From assembly GCA_034521595.1 (NCBI GenBank), contig JAXHMG010000003.1, positions 576,001-640,000 of the forward strand: a DNA stretch of 64,000 nucleotides, in the 5' to 3' direction. This document shows positions 20,129 through 29,694 of the stretch, in pieces. Under the pieces are notes generated by a model that was not told where the DNA came from, searched no databases, and saw nothing but the letters and a program-made list of their open reading frames with translations. The position numbers and the translations under genes are program-made. The DNA is from Gemmatimonadota bacterium (GTDB taxonomy: Bacteria; Gemmatimonadota; Gemmatimonadetes; Longimicrobiales; Gaopeijiaceae). How positions within the stretch are numbered: position 1 is the stretch's first letter; the number at the start of each line of letters is the position of its first letter.

Positions 20129-20593
20129 ATGAAACGCTCGCATACCGGCTTCACGATGATCGAGCTGATCATCGCGATCCTCATCGGTAGCATTCTGACG
20201 ACGATCGCTTTGTCCCGGATCAGCGATGCGCAGTCCCGCGTGTCGGTGAGGGGGGCGAAGTCCACCTATGCGTCCGTGCATTACCGAGCGCGTGCGCACG
20301 GGATCGAGATGGGCGAGAACGTCATGCTGCACGTCGAGTCCGGGGGAGACTCCGTATGGATCGAGCACGACGGTGCCGTCCTGGAGAAGGTGCGACTCGG
20401 CAACGAGCAGAACGTGGACATGCGAATCACGCCCAGCGGCGCTCCCACCGATTTCACCCTCTGCTTCTCGCCTCGGGGATATACCGACGTGGACTGCAAC
20501 TCCACCAACTCCATCCTGCGGGTGGAGTTCTGGCAGGGCGCCGACTCCACGAGCCTGTTGGTGCTGCCCATGGGCCAGTTGGTGACGAACTGA
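20129..20593 (+). CDS. FimT/FimU-like minor pilin (set 2)
   Basis: MKRSHTG|FTMIELIIAILI; FSPRG motif. Confidence 0.85.
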   Translation: MKRSHTGFTMIELIIAILIGSILTTIALSRISDAQSRVSVRGAKSTYASVHYRARAHGIEMGENVMLHVESGGDSVWIEHDGAVLEKVRLGNEQNVDMRITPSGAPTDFTLCFSPRGYTDVDCNSTNSILRVEFWQGADSTSLLVLPMGQLVTN

Positions 20594-20991
20594 TGAAAAC
20601 GAGCAACCATGCCGGGAAGGTGGGGGGGCGCGCCGGCTTCACGATGGTCGAAGTGATCGTGGCCATCGTGATCCTCGCGATCGGCCTGCTCGGGCTGGCG
20701 GGATCCAGCGGGTACCTGATCAGGACGGTCTCGCTCGGCGACCTCATGACCGAGCGGTCGGCCGCGTTCCAATCCACCATCGACCGCCTCCAGTCGCTTC
20801 CGTACGACAGCGTGACCACCGGAACCGATTCGGTCGGTGTGTTCGCGGTGTCCTGGGACGCGGTGGACGACGGTCCGCAGTCCAAGATCCTCACAATTGT
20901 CACGGTGGGTCCGGGCCTCGAGCCGGGCGCGTCGATCCAACAGAGTCCGACGGTCGCGGACACCTTCGTTTTCCGGATTCTGAGGGACTGA
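20593..20991 (+). CDS. PilV-like minor pilin (set 2)
   Basis: AG|FTMVEVIVAIVILAIGLLGLA is a typical PilV N-terminus. Confidence 0.85.
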   Translation: MKTSNHAGKVGGRAGFTMVEVIVAIVILAIGLLGLAGSSGYLIRTVSLGDLMTERSAAFQSTIDRLQSLPYDSVTTGTDSVGVFAVSWDAVDDGPQSKILTIVTVGPGLEPGASIQQSPTVADTFVFRILRD

Positions 20992-20993
20992 CG

Positions 20994-21806
20994 ATGACTA
21001 GAGATCGCCGGGGCTTCACGCTGGTCGAGCTGATCGTGGTATCGGTGCTCGGCGTGGTGGTGCTCACCGCCATGCTGCAGGTCCTGATCACCAACCAGCG
21101 CACCTATACGGCGCAGAGCGCGGTCGTCGAGGGCCAGCAGAGCACCCGCATGGCGCTCGAGGTGCTCTTCAACGAGCTGCGCGAGGCGAGCCCGGCTGGG
21201 GGGGACCTCCTCGTCATGACCTCCGATTCGGTGAAGGTTCGCCTCATGCGGAAGTTCGGGATCGGCTGCGACACGGATTTGGATGCGTTGCTTCCGAAAA
21301 TGACCGTGTTGGACAACTCGGGCGCCGACTTCGCGGAGGACGACTCGGTCTTCGTCTTCGCGGAGAACCGTGACGCGACGCCTGACGATGATGTGTGGAT
21401 CAGCGCCGAAGTGACGGCCGTCGATACGACGGTGACATGCCTGGGCGGCCGGCCGGCCATCGATCTGGAGTTCGACCTTCAGGAGACGCTGTTCTCGACG
21501 GACACCGTGAAGGTGGGCGCGGCCGTGCGAAGCTTCGAGACGTTCACCTTCGGCATGACGACGGTGCTCGGCGATGAGTACCTGGGCCGCCGGGACGACG
21601 ACGGCTTCATGTGGCCGATCGCCGGGCCGCTTCGGCCGAACGACGGGCTGGAGTTCATCTACCGGGACGCGCTCGGGGATGTGACGTCGACCCCGACCGA
21701 CGTGCGGCAGATCGAAGTGCGCATCCGTACGGGGACGCAGGTGATCAACCCGGTCGGGGAGACCGTCTCCGACTCCATCGACGCCTGGATCTACACCAGG
21801 AATTAG
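20994..21806 (+). CDS. PilW-like minor pilin (set 2)
   Basis: RRG|FTLVELIVVSVL; ELREA helix; C-terminal RN. Confidence 0.85.
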   Translation: MTRDRRGFTLVELIVVSVLGVVVLTAMLQVLITNQRTYTAQSAVVEGQQSTRMALEVLFNELREASPAGGDLLVMTSDSVKVRLMRKFGIGCDTDLDALLPKMTVLDNSGADFAEDDSVFVFAENRDATPDDDVWISAEVTAVDTTVTCLGGRPAIDLEFDLQETLFSTDTVKVGAAVRSFETFTFGMTTVLGDEYLGRRDDDGFMWPIAGPLRPNDGLEFIYRDALGDVTSTPTDVRQIEVRIRTGTQVINPVGETVSDSIDAWIYTRN

Positions 21807-21816
21807 GGACGCCATC

Positions 21817-22977
21817 ATGAATACGAGACACGCAAGAGCGGGCTTCGCCATGCCGGCCGCCATCGGCGCCCTGGTCATCATGGGCGCGCTCGTCACCGCC
21901 GGATTCTACATGGCCCGCCAGGAGCTCCGCGTCGGGGTCGCGAGCAACCACACCAACATGGCGGTCAACCTCGCCCAGGCCGGAGCCAACGAGATCATGG
22001 CCAACTGGAACGGCTACCAGCTCGGCAACGTGCCGGTATGGGGCGACACGACGATCACCGACACGACGGGTGTCGGCATCTGGACCGTGAACATCACGAA
22101 CACCAACAACGTCATCTACTATCTCGACGCGACGGGGGAGGTGACGCGGGGTGGAGACCTCTGGGCGGGCGCGACGCGTAACATCGGGCTCGTCACCCGT
22201 CTCATCTTCGCGGATATCGATCCGCCGGCGGCGCTGACGACGCGGGGTCCCGTGTCCGTGAAGGGGGGCGCGGCGATCATCGGGACGGACGACCCGCCGG
22301 CGGGTTGGTCCGGGTACTGCGACACGACGACCGATCATCCGGGGTTGGTCAACAACGATACCACGGAGGTGAGCACCACGGGCGGGGGTACCATCGACGG
22401 GACTCCGCCGTACGATCAGGACTCCACCATCGTCGACGAGACGTTCACCGAGTTCGGGGACATGGACTGGGACGAGTTGGTGGCGCTCGCACAGCTCGAG
22501 GGTAAGGACGTCAGCTCGCTCGGCACCAACATCAACAGCACGGGGCCGGCGCTGGACGGCGCCGGAAACTGCGACGAATCGGTGCTCACCAACTGGGGGG
22601 ACACCCTCCCGTCCGCGCCGTGCGGCTCCTATTTCCCACTCATCTACCATAGTGGGCCGACCTTGCGGATCCAGTCCGGAGGGATCGGGCAGGGCATCCT
22701 GTTGGTGGACGGGACACTCGACCTCCGGGGGAGCTTCCTCTTCTACGGCATCATCATCGTGCAGGGGTCCTTCGAGACGCAGGGGTCCGGAAACAGGATC
22801 GTGGGCGCGGTCATGGCGGGTAACGCGACCGTGGACGAGCAATCGATGGTTGGTGCTTCCGCGGTCCAGTACTCCTCCTGCGCGGTGCAGCGCTCGATCC
22901 TGAACAATGCCTCTCTGTCGAGAGCTCGCCCGCTCTCCGAGCGGAGCTGGATCGACCTGTCCAGCGTCCTGAATTGA
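21817..22977 (+). CDS. PilX-like minor pilin with large acidic C-terminal domain (set 2)
   Basis: AG|FAMPAAIGALV lacking E5; NLAQAG; GQGILLVDGTL...FYGIIIVQG repeats. Confidence 0.8.
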   Translation: MNTRHARAGFAMPAAIGALVIMGALVTAGFYMARQELRVGVASNHTNMAVNLAQAGANEIMANWNGYQLGNVPVWGDTTITDTTGVGIWTVNITNTNNVIYYLDATGEVTRGGDLWAGATRNIGLVTRLIFADIDPPAALTTRGPVSVKGGAAIIGTDDPPAGWSGYCDTTTDHPGLVNNDTTEVSTTGGGTIDGTPPYDQDSTIVDETFTEFGDMDWDELVALAQLEGKDVSSLGTNINSTGPALDGAGNCDESVLTNWGDTLPSAPCGSYFPLIYHSGPTLRIQSGGIGQGILLVDGTLDLRGSFLFYGIIIVQGSFETQGSGNRIVGAVMAGNATVDEQSMVGASAVQYSSCAVQRSILNNASLSRARPLSERSWIDLSSVLN

Positions 22978-23080
22978 CCTCGTCGGGGCCGGTCGGGCTA
23001 TTGCGCGTCCGGCCCTGCGCCCCCATCATGGCGTCAAATGTTTACCAAATATTGAAATGAGACCGGAAGCCATATTCTTC

Positions 23081-23110
23081 TTGACAAGGCTCGACTTTCG
23101 GTGGTAAGCT
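23081..23110 (+). promoter_or_regulatory. Sigma70-type promoter of pilMNOPQ
   Basis: TTGACA-N18-TAAGCT with TGn extension and an AT-rich upstream tract. Confidence 0.65.
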
Positions 23111-23166
23111 GCACTCGACTTTCACGGGAAAACTCTCCTTCCCACTCCCTCGGATGAAGGCGGCGC

Positions 23167-24201
23167 ATGGGCCTCTTCGGACGTAAACGCTCCTCGATCG
23201 GCCTCGACATCGGCTCCGGCTTCGTCAAGGTGGTGGAGGTGGACCATTCCGGCGATCAGCCCGAGGTGGTGCGCGTCGCCATGCGGCCTCTCCTCCCCGA
23301 TGCCATCGTCGAAGGGGAGATCATGGACTACGGGCTGGTGTCCGACACGGTCCGGGGGCTCTTCCAGGAAAGCGGACTCGACGGTGCCGACGTGGTGACC
23401 GCCGTCGGAGGACACGACGTCATCATCAAGAAGATCGAGATGGACCGGATGAAGGAGGCGGACGCCAGGGAGGTCATCCGCTGGGAAGCCGAGCAGCACG
23501 TGCCGTTCGATATCAAGAGCGTGGAGCTGGACTTCCAGATCCTCAATCCGCATGACGACGGGATGCAGATGCAGGTTCTGCTGGTTGCCGCCAAGCGGGA
23601 GCTAGTCGACAACAAGGTCGGCCTTCTCGAAGATGCGGGCGTGTCCCCGCGCATCATCGATGTCGACGCTTTCGCGCTTCACAACGCTTTCGAGCACAAC
23701 TACCCGGATCACCGGGACGGCATCATCGGACTCGTGAACGTCGGCCACGAGACGACCAACGTGAACATTCTCGAGGACGGTGTCCCGATCCTCACGCGCG
23801 ACATCTCTTTCGGGTCGCGCAAGATCCGCGAAGATCTCCAGCGTGAGCGGGGTCTCACCGCCGAACAGGCCGAGGACGTCGTCCAGGCGCGGGAGGTGAT
23901 CGACGACCTCGAGCTCTTCGTGAGTCAATCGGCCGAGGAGATCGCGGTCGGAATCGAGCGTGCGAGCGCTTTCCTGATGACTCGTGACGACGGGGCATCG
24001 GTCGGACGCATCTTCCTGAGCGGGGGGGGCGCCCGGATTCATGGCATGGCGCGGGCGCTCGGAGAGCGTATGAATGTGGAAACGGAGCTCGTGAATCCGT
24101 TCGAACGCGTTCCGGTTCAGCCGAACGCGGCCGGCGGTTTCTCCATCGACGAAGCCGCCCCGATGCTGCTGTTGCCGCTCGGGTTGGCTCTTCGTGCCTA
24201 G
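23167..24201 (+). CDS. pilM: Type IV pilus assembly protein PilM
   Basis: IGLDIGS..VKVVE; WEAEQHVPF; LSGGGA; GLALR. Confidence 0.95.
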   Translation: MGLFGRKRSSIGLDIGSGFVKVVEVDHSGDQPEVVRVAMRPLLPDAIVEGEIMDYGLVSDTVRGLFQESGLDGADVVTAVGGHDVIIKKIEMDRMKEADAREVIRWEAEQHVPFDIKSVELDFQILNPHDDGMQMQVLLVAAKRELVDNKVGLLEDAGVSPRIIDVDAFALHNAFEHNYPDHRDGIIGLVNVGHETTNVNILEDGVPILTRDISFGSRKIREDLQRERGLTAEQAEDVVQAREVIDDLELFVSQSAEEIAVGIERASAFLMTRDDGASVGRIFLSGGGARIHGMARALGERMNVETELVNPFERVPVQPNAAGGFSIDEAAPMLLLPLGLALRA

Positions 24202-24219
24202 GACGAGGACGGCCGAGCC

Positions 24220-24945
24220 GTGATCGAAGTCAATCTCCTGCCGGGCGGCAAGAAGGGGACCGCGAGTGGAGGGCCGCTCGCGGGTCTCGCTAGCGCCTTC
24301 AAGGGACTCCGTGGAGGTGGAAGCGGAGGAGGAGGTGGTGGTGGCTCCTCCGTCGATCCGTACATGGCCTTCTTCGCCGTCGCCATGAGCATCACGATCG
24401 GCTACGTGGTTTGGGCGTATCTCGGCGTCACGGGCGAGCGAGAGGAGCTGGAGGTGCGCGTGGAGGAAGAGCGCCAGGATTCGGTGCGCTTCGCGGACCT
24501 CATCGAGCGCACGAACCTCCTTTCCGCACGCAACGACTCCATCGCGGAGCGGGTGTCGATCATTCAGGAGATCGACGCCGGCCGCTACGTCTGGCCGCAC
24601 GTGCTGGACGAGGTCGCCGCCGCGGTTCCCGACTACACGTGGCTTCGGGAGATCCTCTATGCCAGTGGTGACCCGGTCCAGGTTCGCGTGAACGGACGGG
24701 CCGGAAGCATCTATGCCGTCACGAACTTCATGCGTCGCCTCGAGGCGTCGTCGTACCTCCGGGCGGTCGAGATGGACCGGGCCGAGCAGGTGCCGTCCGA
24801 GGAGAATCAGGACGACTTGGTCTACGTGTTCGAGCTTCTCATGACGTACGAGGCACCTCCGTTCGACGAGATGGAGACGGTGCCGCTCTTCGATTCCGGC
24901 ACCGCGTCCACCCAGACGGCCGCACCGGCGCCGGGGGAGAGCTGA
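24220..24945 (+). CDS. pilN: PilN
   Basis: IEVNLLP PilM-binding motif, TM, coiled coil, W..VLDE...P. Confidence 0.9.
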   Translation: MIEVNLLPGGKKGTASGGPLAGLASAFKGLRGGGSGGGGGGGSSVDPYMAFFAVAMSITIGYVVWAYLGVTGEREELEVRVEEERQDSVRFADLIERTNLLSARNDSIAERVSIIQEIDAGRYVWPHVLDEVAAAVPDYTWLREILYASGDPVQVRVNGRAGSIYAVTNFMRRLEASSYLRAVEMDRAEQVPSEENQDDLVYVFELLMTYEAPPFDEMETVPLFDSGTASTQTAAPAPGES

Positions 24946-24947
24946 CG

Positions 24948-25562
24948 ATGGCCTGGTACAATCCCACGGATCCGACGCAGCGGAACTGGATGGTGGCGGG
25001 TGTCGTCGCGCTCCTGCTCATCGTGCCGTTCCGGATGTACGTTCTGTCGCCCCGCCAAGTCGAGAACGATGAGCTGCGTGAGCGCGTCGAGTCCCTCGAA
25101 ACCCAGAATCGTCAGGCTTCGGTGCTGGCCGCTCAGGGTGGGGGGGACCTCGAAGAGCGCATGGCGCTCTACGAGCGGCACGTGTCCCGGCTCGAGGAGT
25201 TGATTCCCGCGGCGGAAGAGGTCGCGATCCTCGCGGACGACATCGCCAACCGGGCCCGGACGCGTGGGGTCGAGCTCCAGCGGATGGTTCCCGAGCCCCG
25301 GGAGCCCGGCACGTATTACGACCGGACGTCCTACAGCATGGCTGTCGTCGGTGAGTATCACAGCGTCGGCCGATTCCTCACGGACATCGCGAGCCTTTCA
25401 CGCATCGTGACCCCCATCGAGCTCGACATTCAGCCGTTCACCCAGGCGAATCTGTTCCCGAACATGGAGGCGCCGGTGCTCGCGACCTTCCGGATCGAAA
25501 CCTATGTGCTCCCCGATCCGGCCAATAGAGACGCCGAATCCGAAGCGGGGAGTGAGTCATGA
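24948..25562 (+). CDS. pilO: PilO
   Basis: TM plus coiled coil; GEYH..GRFL.DIASL.RIV. Confidence 0.9.
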   Translation: MAWYNPTDPTQRNWMVAGVVALLLIVPFRMYVLSPRQVENDELRERVESLETQNRQASVLAAQGGGDLEERMALYERHVSRLEELIPAAEEVAILADDIANRARTRGVELQRMVPEPREPGTYYDRTSYSMAVVGEYHSVGRFLTDIASLSRIVTPIELDIQPFTQANLFPNMEAPVLATFRIETYVLPDPANRDAESEAGSES

Positions 25563-26053
25563 GTAAGCGACTGCTTCGAGGGCTGTTGATGTTGGCCGTG
25601 GCTCTGGTCGGGGCGCCGAGCGCCGGATCGGGCCAGGAGCCGGGTCCAGAAGAAGAGGAAGGTCCCCCTCCTGCCGAGGAGACCGATCTCGTCTTTGAGC
25701 GGGAAGTCTTCCAATACCCCTCCTTCGTCCGCCGGAACCCCTTCGTGCCGCTGGACGCTGCGAACACGGGAGGCCCGCGCTTCGAGCAGCTGAGCGTGAT
25801 CGGCATCATGTATTCCGAGAAGCCGAACGCCAGCGTGGCCGTGTTGAGCACGGGTGGCGTCGAGGTGGCCGACGACGGGACGGTCTCTCCCGTGGCAGGT
25901 GATGCTTACTACCTGAAGGTCGGCCAGCGTGTGGGGAACGTGACGATCGTCGAAATCCACCCCGAGCGGGTCGTGGTGGACGTGGAAGAATTCGGTCTGA
26001 CCGACCGGCGCACTTTGGCATTTCAATCCCGACGCGAGGGAGGCACCCAATGA
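25559..26053 (+). CDS. pilP: PilP-like protein
   Basis: RNPF.P, L..IGIM and LKVGQRVG motifs; between pilO and pilQ. Confidence 0.8.
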   Translation: MSKRLLRGLLMLAVALVGAPSAGSGQEPGPEEEEGPPPAEETDLVFEREVFQYPSFVRRNPFVPLDAANTGGPRFEQLSVIGIMYSEKPNASVAVLSTGGVEVADDGTVSPVAGDAYYLKVGQRVGNVTIVEIHPERVVVDVEEFGLTDRRTLAFQSRREGGTQ

Positions 26054-27768
26054 CGTCGTTGTTCGCTCTGTGGGCGGGAGCGCTCCTGTCCCTCGGAGGA
26101 CCCGTCACCGAAGTGACGATCACTCCGATGGCGACAGGCACGAGCGTGTTCATCGCCGTCGACGGGGACGTCGATTACCGCGATTTCACCATGGAGGGGC
26201 CCCATCGCTTGGTGGTCGACTTCATGGATTCGCAGCATGCGCTTCCCCGAGAGAATTTCACTTCCGTTGAGCGCGGCGGGATCCGCGAGGTCAGCACCAG
26301 CCAGTACTCCGATGACGTGGTGCGGGTCGTGTTCGAGCTCGACGAGAAGCTCGGCTACTCCGCGGTCCGCACGGAGGGTGGTTTGTTGATCACGCTCGAC
26401 AACCGGGCGGGAAGCTTCGAGCCGTGGTCATCGGCCGGAGCGGTCTCCACCCGGAGTGTCGCCGAGTTGGCCCAACCGACGGCGCTCGCCGCGCAGGTCC
26501 CCGCGCAGCAGGAGGCCGAGCGGATCTCGATGACGTGGACCGCGGCGCCGATCAACGACGTGCTCCAGGCCTTCGCGGCTTTTTCGGGAAAGTCCATCGT
26601 GCCGGGCGCGAACGTCGAAGGGTTCGTGACCGCGACCATCAACGATCGGCCCTGGGACGTCGCGCTCAACTCCATCCTCTCGACGCAGGGGCTGCGTGCG
26701 GAGGAAGACGAGTACGGGATCATCCGCGTCGACAACATCAGCGACCTGAATGATCGCGAGCAGATCGAGCAGATTCTCACGCAGGCGCACCGCATCTCCT
26801 TCGCGACGGCGACCGAGCTCCAGACCGCGATCGAGCCGCTCCTGTCGGAACGCGGTCAGATCACGGTCGGTCAGGGGACGAACACCCTCATCGTCTCGGA
26901 CATCGAACGGGTGCAGAGTTCCGTCTCGGAGCTCCTCCAGCAGCTCGATGTCGAGACGCCACAGGTGTCCATCAGCGCGAAGATCATCTTCGTCGATCGC
27001 ACCGCCCTGGACGAGTTGGGGGTGACCTACGAGCTGAAGGATCGGGAGGGGAACCAGTTCAACGAGCTCTCGTCCGGGTTCGCGGACACGGATGGTGACG
27101 GTGTGACCGACCCCGTCGAGCAGGGGACGTCGGTGGTCTCCCTCGGGGGGAGCTCGATCGCGGCGCTCGGAAATGCCAACGCGAGGGTCGTGAACCCCAG
27201 CATCCAGTTCCTCACGTCGTTGGTGATCGGGCGGCATACCCTGATCAACTTCATCGACGCCCTGTCGTCCGTGAACATCAGCGACGTCCACGCGGAGCCG
27301 CAGATCACCACGCTGGATAACCAGGAGGCGGAGATCCACGTCGGTGAGCTGACCCCGATCCGAACGATCGACGCCGGCGGTGGCGCCGGCGGGGGGCAGT
27401 TCCCCACGGCACAGGTCGAGCAGCAGGAAACGGGGATCATCCTGCGCGCCACGCCCCACGTGACCAACGGCAACCAGATTTTGCTGGATCTCGAAGCGGA
27501 GCGGTCCGCCGCGGAGCTGGCCGAGTCCGACGCGGGCTTCATCTTCCGGACGCAGCGCGCGCAGACCCGAGTGCTGGTGCGGGACGGCGAGACGGTCGTC
27601 ATCGGTGGCCTGACGCAGAGCGAGCGGAACGAAGTCCTGACGGGGATTCCGGTCCTGATGGACCTGCCGTTCATCGGAGCGCTCTTCCGTGTGCGGCGCT
27701 ATCAGGAGTCGCAGCAGGACCTGATCATCCTGGTGACGCCGCATATCGTGCAGAGCTCGACGAACTGA
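26050..27768 (+). CDS. pilQ: Type IV pilus secretin PilQ (AMIN + secretin)
   Basis: AMIN (PHRLVVDF, VRVVFEL), PW..AL..IL, GETVVIGGL, GIPVLMDLPFIGALF, LIILVTPHI. Confidence 0.95.
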   Translation: MTSLFALWAGALLSLGGPVTEVTITPMATGTSVFIAVDGDVDYRDFTMEGPHRLVVDFMDSQHALPRENFTSVERGGIREVSTSQYSDDVVRVVFELDEKLGYSAVRTEGGLLITLDNRAGSFEPWSSAGAVSTRSVAELAQPTALAAQVPAQQEAERISMTWTAAPINDVLQAFAAFSGKSIVPGANVEGFVTATINDRPWDVALNSILSTQGLRAEEDEYGIIRVDNISDLNDREQIEQILTQAHRISFATATELQTAIEPLLSERGQITVGQGTNTLIVSDIERVQSSVSELLQQLDVETPQVSISAKIIFVDRTALDELGVTYELKDREGNQFNELSSGFADTDGDGVTDPVEQGTSVVSLGGSSIAALGNANARVVNPSIQFLTSLVIGRHTLINFIDALSSVNISDVHAEPQITTLDNQEAEIHVGELTPIRTIDAGGGAGGGQFPTAQVEQQETGIILRATPHVTNGNQILLDLEAERSAAELAESDAGFIFRTQRAQTRVLVRDGETVVIGGLTQSERNEVLTGIPVLMDLPFIGALFRVRRYQESQQDLIILVTPHIVQSSTN

Positions 27769-27775
27769 TCGGCCG

Positions 27776-27857
27776 GTGGCGCGCGCCCCGGGGCGCGCGC
27801 CACTCGGTTTGAAGGAACGGGCCGATTCGCCATGCAAGCTGGCGGATCGGCCCGTTC
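27776..27857 (+). terminator. Two tandem hairpins after pilQ
   Basis: Perfect 28-bp palindrome at 27776-27803; 18-bp inverted repeat at 27815-27832/27840-27857 with one G.U. Confidence 0.6.
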
Positions 27858-27923
27858 TCGTGAGCCACGGTCGCGTTATAATGCCGCTCACCAGCTGTTC
27901 CGTACCGGTACCGAGAGGTTCTG

Positions 27924-29132
27924 ATGAAGCGATTCACCTTCCATACGGCCGGGGAGTCCCACGGTCGCGGGCTCGTCACCCTGATCGAGGGGGCTCCAGC
28001 CGGCTTGCCCCTGGTCTTGACCCGTGACGTGGATCCCGAGCTGGCGCGTCGGCAGGGCGGCTACGGGCGTGGCCGCCGTATGCAGATCGAGTCCGACCGT
28101 GCCGACCTCCTCGCCGGCGTGCGTCTGGGCGAGACGCTCGGTTCGCCCATCGCCATGGCGATCTGGAACCGTGACTGGGAAAACTGGACGGTCGCGATGG
28201 CCCATGAAGCGCCGCCGGAAGATGTGAATCCGAAGGCGCTTCGCCCTCATTATCTGCCGAGGCCCGGGCACGCCGACCTCGCCGGCGTGCTCAAGTACGA
28301 TCGGCGGGACGTCCGAGACGTGCTGGAGCGTGCGAGCGCCCGTGAGACCGCGGCCCGGGTCGCGGCCGGTGCGGTCGCCAAGCGTTTGCTCGGGGAGTTC
28401 GGCATCCGGGTGGGAAGCCATGTGCTGTCCATCGGAGGGGTGCGGACGAACGAGACCATCGAGATGCCGGAAGATCTCAACGCGGCGGCGGACGCGAGCC
28501 CCGTACGCTGTCTCGATGAAGCGACGGCCGACCGCATGATGGCCGAGATCGACGCGGCGAAGGAGCGCGGCGACACGCTCGGAGGGGTCTTCGAGGTCGT
28601 CGTGACGGGGCTGCCCGTGGGTCTCGGCAGCCACGTGTCGTGGGATCGTAAGCTGGACGGTCGCCTGGCGGGTGCGGTGATGTCGGTGCAAGCGGTGAAG
28701 GGGGTGGACATCGGGATCGGCTTCGAAGGATCCGAGCGGCCCGGATCGAAGGTGCACGACCCGATCGTGCCCGCGCCGGAGAAGACCCGCGCCGGTGGCT
28801 TTGGCCGGGTGTCGAACCGTGCCGGGGGTCTCGAGGGCGGCGTGACGACCGGGGAGCCCCTTTTCGTACGGGGTGCGATGAAGCCGATCGCCACGCTGAG
28901 GAGCCGCCTGCCCAGCGTCGACTTGAGGGATGGATCGGAAGGGGACGCGGCCGTGGAGCGGAGTGACGTGTGCGCCGTGCCGGCGGCCGGTGTGGTGGGA
29001 GAAGCCATGGTGGCCCTGGTGCTGGCCGACGCGTTCCTGGAGAAGTTCGGTGGTGATTCCCTCGGAGAGACCCGCCGCAATTTCGAGGGTTACATTCGAC
29101 ACCTCGAGGAGCGAGGATTCGGTGAGCGCTGA
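27924..29132 (+). CDS. aroC: Chorismate synthase
   Basis: TAGESHG, PRPGHAD, ERASARETA, ERSD.CAVP; TATAAT at 27877. Confidence 0.97.
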   Translation: MKRFTFHTAGESHGRGLVTLIEGAPAGLPLVLTRDVDPELARRQGGYGRGRRMQIESDRADLLAGVRLGETLGSPIAMAIWNRDWENWTVAMAHEAPPEDVNPKALRPHYLPRPGHADLAGVLKYDRRDVRDVLERASARETAARVAAGAVAKRLLGEFGIRVGSHVLSIGGVRTNETIEMPEDLNAAADASPVRCLDEATADRMMAEIDAAKERGDTLGGVFEVVVTGLPVGLGSHVSWDRKLDGRLAGAVMSVQAVKGVDIGIGFEGSERPGSKVHDPIVPAPEKTRAGGFGRVSNRAGGLEGGVTTGEPLFVRGAMKPIATLRSRLPSVDLRDGSEGDAAVERSDVCAVPAAGVVGEAMVALVLADAFLEKFGGDSLGETRRNFEGYIRHLEERGFGER

Positions 29133-29694
29133 CCTCGACGGCCGGCGGTCCGCCCTGCAGCGCGTTTTCCTGGTCGGATTCATGGGCTCGGGAAAGAGCA
29201 GTGTCGGTCGCCGGTTGGCGACCGTGCTGGGCTGGCGCTTTCTCGACTTCGACGAAGCTGTCGCAGCCGAGGAAGGCCTGTCCGTACCGGACATCTTCCG
29301 TACTCTGGGCGAGGCGCACTTCCGGCGTGCGGAGGCGCGCATCGGAAGGCGGCTCCTCTCGCAGGAACGGGTCGTGCTGGCGAGCGGTGGTGGGTGGGGC
29401 GCGGTTCCCGGACGCCTTGACGAAGTGCCGCCGGGGACCGAGACCTTCTGGCTCCGCGTCTCGCCCGAGGAGGCCGTTCGCCGTGCCTCGGACGGGCATG
29501 ACGAACGCCCGCTGCTTTCCGGCGGGGACCCGCTGGACGCCGCGCGGCGGCTCCTCGAAGCGCGGGAGCGGCAGTACGGCCGGGCGGGATCCGTGGTGGA
29601 CACGGACGGCCGCTCCGTAGAAGATGTCACCACCGAGGTGCTCGCGATCCTCGGTCGCAAGCACCCCGAAGTCACCCGAACGGAAGCCGAATGA
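29122..29694 (+). CDS. aroK: Shikimate kinase
   Basis: LVGFMGSGKS, GE..FR..E, SGGG, RPLL. Confidence 0.95.
   Translation: MSADLDGRRSALQRVFLVGFMGSGKSSVGRRLATVLGWRFLDFDEAVAAEEGLSVPDIFRTLGEAHFRRAEARIGRRLLSQERVVLASGGGWGAVPGRLDEVPPGTETFWLRVSPEEAVRRASDGHDERPLLSGGDPLDAARRLLEARERQYGRAGSVVDTDGRSVEDVTTEVLAILGRKHPEVTRTEAE

Noticed and set aside
24313-24350. GGA/GGT repeat in pilN as a contingency locus
   Set aside because: Mixed codons encoding an in-frame Gly linker; not a frameshifting tract
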